Shown here one piece after another: positions 60,348 through 64,000 of a DNA stretch of 64,000 nt. The notes beneath the pieces were generated by a model. The model was not told the origin of the DNA and made no database searches. It saw only the letters and a program-made list of their open reading frames with translations. Source of the stretch: Mobula hypostoma (taxonomy: Eukaryota); NCBI RefSeq assembly GCF_963921235.1, contig NC_086097.1, forward strand, positions 127,102,001 to 127,166,000. Reading direction: 5' to 3'. Made by a program: the position numbers and the translations under genes. The first letter of the stretch is position 1; the number at the start of each line of letters is the position of its first letter.

Positions 60348-61390
60348 GGCCTCTGTACCTCCCTCTGCAACTGGATCCTCGACTTCCTAACAGGAAGACC
60401 ACAATCTGTGCGGATTGGTAATAACATCTCCTCCTCACTGACAATCAACATTGGTGCGCCTCAGGGGTGTGTGCTTAGCCCACTGCTCTGCTCTCTCTAT
60501 ACCCATCTATAAATTTGCTGACGATACAACCATTGTTGGTAAAATCTCAGCTGGTGACAAGAGGGTGTAGAGGAGTGAGATATGCCAACAATTGGAGTGG
60601 TGTTGCAGCAACAACCTGGCACACAATGTCAGTAAGACAAAAGAACTGATTGTGGACTTCAGGAAGGGTAAGATGAAGGAACACATACCAATCCTCATAG
60701 AGGGATCAGAAGTGGAGCAAGTGAGTAGTTTCAGGTTCCTGGGTGTCAAGATCTCTGAGGATCTAACCTGGTCCCAACATATTGATGCAGCTACATAGAA
60801 GGCAAGGCAGCAGCTATACTTTATTAGGAGTTTGAAGAGATTTGGCATGTCAACAAATACACTCAAAAACTTCTATAGATGTACAGTGGAGAGCTTTCTG
60901 ACAGGCTGCATCACTTGTCTGGTAATGGAGTCTACTGCACAGGACCGAAAGGAGCTGCAGAGGGTTGTAAATCTAGTCGGCTCCATCTTGGGTACTAGCT
61001 TACAAAGTACCCAGGACATCTTCAGGGAGCCGTCTCTCAGAAAGGCAGCATTCATTATTAAGGACCTCCAGCACCCAGGCCATGCCCTTTTCTCACCGTT
61101 ACCCTCAGGTAGGAGGTACTGAAGCCTGAAGGCACACACTCAGTGATTCAGGAACAGCTTCTTCCCCTCTACCATCCAATTCCAAAATGGCCATTGAATT
61201 CGTGAATACTACCTCACTTTTTAAACATATTTCTGTTTTTGCATATTTTAATCTAGTCATTATATGTATACTGTAATTGATTGATTTATTTTCTTATTTA
61301 TTTTTTGTTCTATATCATGTATTGCATTGAACTGCTACTGCTAAGTTAACAAATTTCATGACACGTGCTGGTGATAATAAAGCTAATCAT
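60348..61390 (+). mobile_element. Rex1/Babar LINE 3' portion
   Basis: [30 protein letters not shown] and HPGHALFSPLPSGRRY. Confidence 0.9.
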
Positions 61391-64000
61391 GACTTTGTTA
61401 GCTGTGTCCAAGAAGGATTCCTGACACAATATATGGACAGACAACTGGAGGAAAGGATATACTGGATTCAGTACGTAGTAGGCAATCAACCTGGTCAGGT
61501 GACATTCTCAGTGGATGAGCATTTGGGAGACAATGACCACTATTTTCAGACCTTTACCTTTGCCTTCGTCTTTTAAAGGGATAGGAGCAGATGATATGGG
61601 AGAGTACTTCATTGGGGAAGAACAAATTATGATGTGATTAGAGAATATAAATTGGGAACAGGTGTACTCAGAGAAACGGACAACCAAAAATGTTTCCGTT
61701 GTTTAGGGAGCACTTGCATGGACTTCTGGATAGTTTTGTCCCAAAGAATGGTAGGGTGAGGGAACCATGGTTGACCAGAGATGTGCAGCACCTAGTCAAG
61801 AGGAAGAAGGAAGCAAACTTGAGGTTTAGGAAGCAAGGATCAGGCAAGGCTCTTGAGAGTTATAATGTAGCCAGGAAAGAGCTTAAGAATGGACTGAGGA
61901 GAGCTAGAAGGGGACATGAGAAGGCATTGGTGACTAGGATTAAGAAAAAGCTCCAAAGTATTCTACACATAGGTGAAGAACAGGAGATGGCTAACGTGAG
62001 GGTAGGATCAATCAGAGATAAAAAAAAAGAAAACCTGCCTGAAGTCAGGATGTAGAGGAGATTCTTAATGAATACTTTGTTTCAGTATTCACCAGTAAGA
62101 GAGACGTTGACAGATGTGAGGACAGCATAGAATAGGCTAATATGCTCAAGTTTAAGTTTAATTATCATTCAACCATTTATGAATACCCATGAATATAGCC
62201 AAACAAAACAGTGTTTCACTGTGACCAAGATGCAAAACACAAGTCATACACAGCACAAGGCACATATAGCACATTTAATACAGCAGTAAAACATACACTC
62301 ACATAAAAAAGTAAAATATATCCCAAGTCTCTGAGTGACCTGACCTGTAGATTGATGGTACATGAATGGGTGTTATCGACAAGGACAGGCAGCTGTCAGC
62401 AGTCCGCAGACGAATGTACGCACACTTGCACGTATGCAATCCAGCTTGTTATTGCACAGACCGATCACTGGAGGGCAGCATGGACAGGAGGGGCCAAAAC
62501 GGACACCACACTACATCGTGAGTCTTCTCCTGGACTGCTGCAGCAGGCAAGACCACAGCTTGAGGGCTAGTCCTCTCTGCAACCGAGGCAACGCAGCTCG
62601 CCTGCCGTCTGTCTCACCTATAAACGAGGGAAATAAATAGACGTGTAGCATTTTACATTATTAATGTCCAACAGGGCCTTGTGATTGCAAAAGAAACACC
62701 TGAGACAATCACTTGCTACTGGACTGCACATCACCTTCGCACACCGACTGCGATGCCTTCCTGTAGCAGGCAGTAACATGGTCCGCACCAGGTCCTGCTC
62801 CTCCGCCAAAAAGCAGCTCCCTGGTGGGTAGACCTGCAGTGTCTGAAGGTTTTAATGTCTGGAATTGTCCTGCAGTCGTAAAAAAGACATTTAAAAAAGA
62901 CAAAAGCACCTTTGGTTGGCCTCCCGAGAGGCCGTTGCATCTGAACATGCTGCCATCTTACTGGAAAACCCCGGAGCATGCTGGAATATGTCGGCATTAT
63001 GAAAGAGACTGTACTGGAAGGTTTGGAAAACATTAGAATAGATAAACCCCTGGGCTGGACAGGATCTACCCCAGGTTACTATGGGAAGTGAGGGAAGAGA
63101 TTGCTGTGTAGTTGGGGATGATTTTTGTGTCCTCACTTGCCACATAAGTGGTACCAGAGGATTGGAGGGTGGCAAATGTTATTCCTTTGTTCAATTAAGG
63201 TAACAGGGTTAATCGCTGGAATTAAAGAACAGTGAGTCTTACATCAATAGTGGGCAAACTCAGGATTCTTGGAAGCAGGATTTATAAGCAGTTGTAGAAG
63301 CATTGTCTGACTCCTTTTCTGAGGGGCAGTTCATGCCTCACGAGGCCTGATTGAATTCTTTGAGGAAGTGACAAAACAAGCTGATAAGGTGGAGAAATGG
63401 ATGTTGTGTGCATTACAAGGCATTTGATAATGTTTTCTATGGTAGGCTCATTCAGAAAGTCTGGAGACATGGGATGCAAGGAAACCTGGCTGCGTGGCTT
63501 CAGAATTGACATTCCTACAGAAGGCAGGGTGGTAGTTGATGCAGTGTATCCTGCTTGGAGGTGACTAGTGGTGTTCCACAGGGACCTGTTATGGGACCCC
63601 TGCACTTTGTGATTTTTTATAAATGACTTGGATGAGGAAGTGGAAGGGTGGGTTAGTTGAAACAAATGTTGATAGTGCTGTGGATAGTCCAGAAGGTTGT
63701 TGCTGGTTACCATGGGACATTGATAGGATGTAGAGCTGGGCTGAAAAGTAGCATATTGAGTTCATTCGGAAAAGTGTGAAGCGATTCACTTTGGGAAGTT
63801 GAACTTGAAGGCAGGATGCAAAGTTAGTGGCAGGATACTTAACAATGTGGAGAAGCAGAGGGATCCAATCCATTGATCACTCAAAGTTGCCATGTAAATT
63901 GATAGGGTGGTCAAGAAGGCATATGGTGTGTTGGCCTTCATTATGCAGTGGATTGAGTTCATGGGACCTGAGGTAATGTTGCAGCTCTACAAAACTCTGG

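Larger units (their letters stand above)
59715..64000 (+). mobile_element. CR1 LINE ORF2 (endonuclease to RT), interrupted by three insertions, runs off the window
   Basis: LNARSIR-like start, IAETWL, LGFRRFKSD, EPWLTRDV and GVPQG. Inserts at 60069-60218, ~60348-61390 and ~62148-63030. Confidence 0.85.

Overview
Repeat-dense vertebrate nuclear DNA, most likely from a cartilaginous fish (shark or ray). This is inferred from the repeat mix: CR1 LINEs, Rex1/Babar, V-SINE-like SINEs and Penelope-derived short repeats. Most of the window is nested retroelements (CR1, Rex1, Gypsy, solo LTRs, L1/Tx1, R4, RTE, Penelope) plus hAT and Tigger-like DNA transposon derivatives. No intact host protein-coding gene was found. 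The unique sequence between repeats holds two decayed, intron-containing genes on opposite strands. (1) A clearly recognisable enoyl-CoA hydratase (crotonase) pseudogene on + (exons at 43772, 51638 and 51872). (2) A long unidentified multi-exon gene on -, with canonical splice sites, phase-compatible exons and many nonsense lesions, spread from about 57.3 kb to 3.3 kb. Also present: a decayed tRNA-Ile(AAT), several hammerhead-ribozyme-like cores in Penelope-derived repeats, a hAT family with 6-bp TSDs, a Gypsy element flanked by a ~110-bp duplication, and a ~925-bp local duplication. All alignments were done by eye and TE boundaries without TSDs are approximate.
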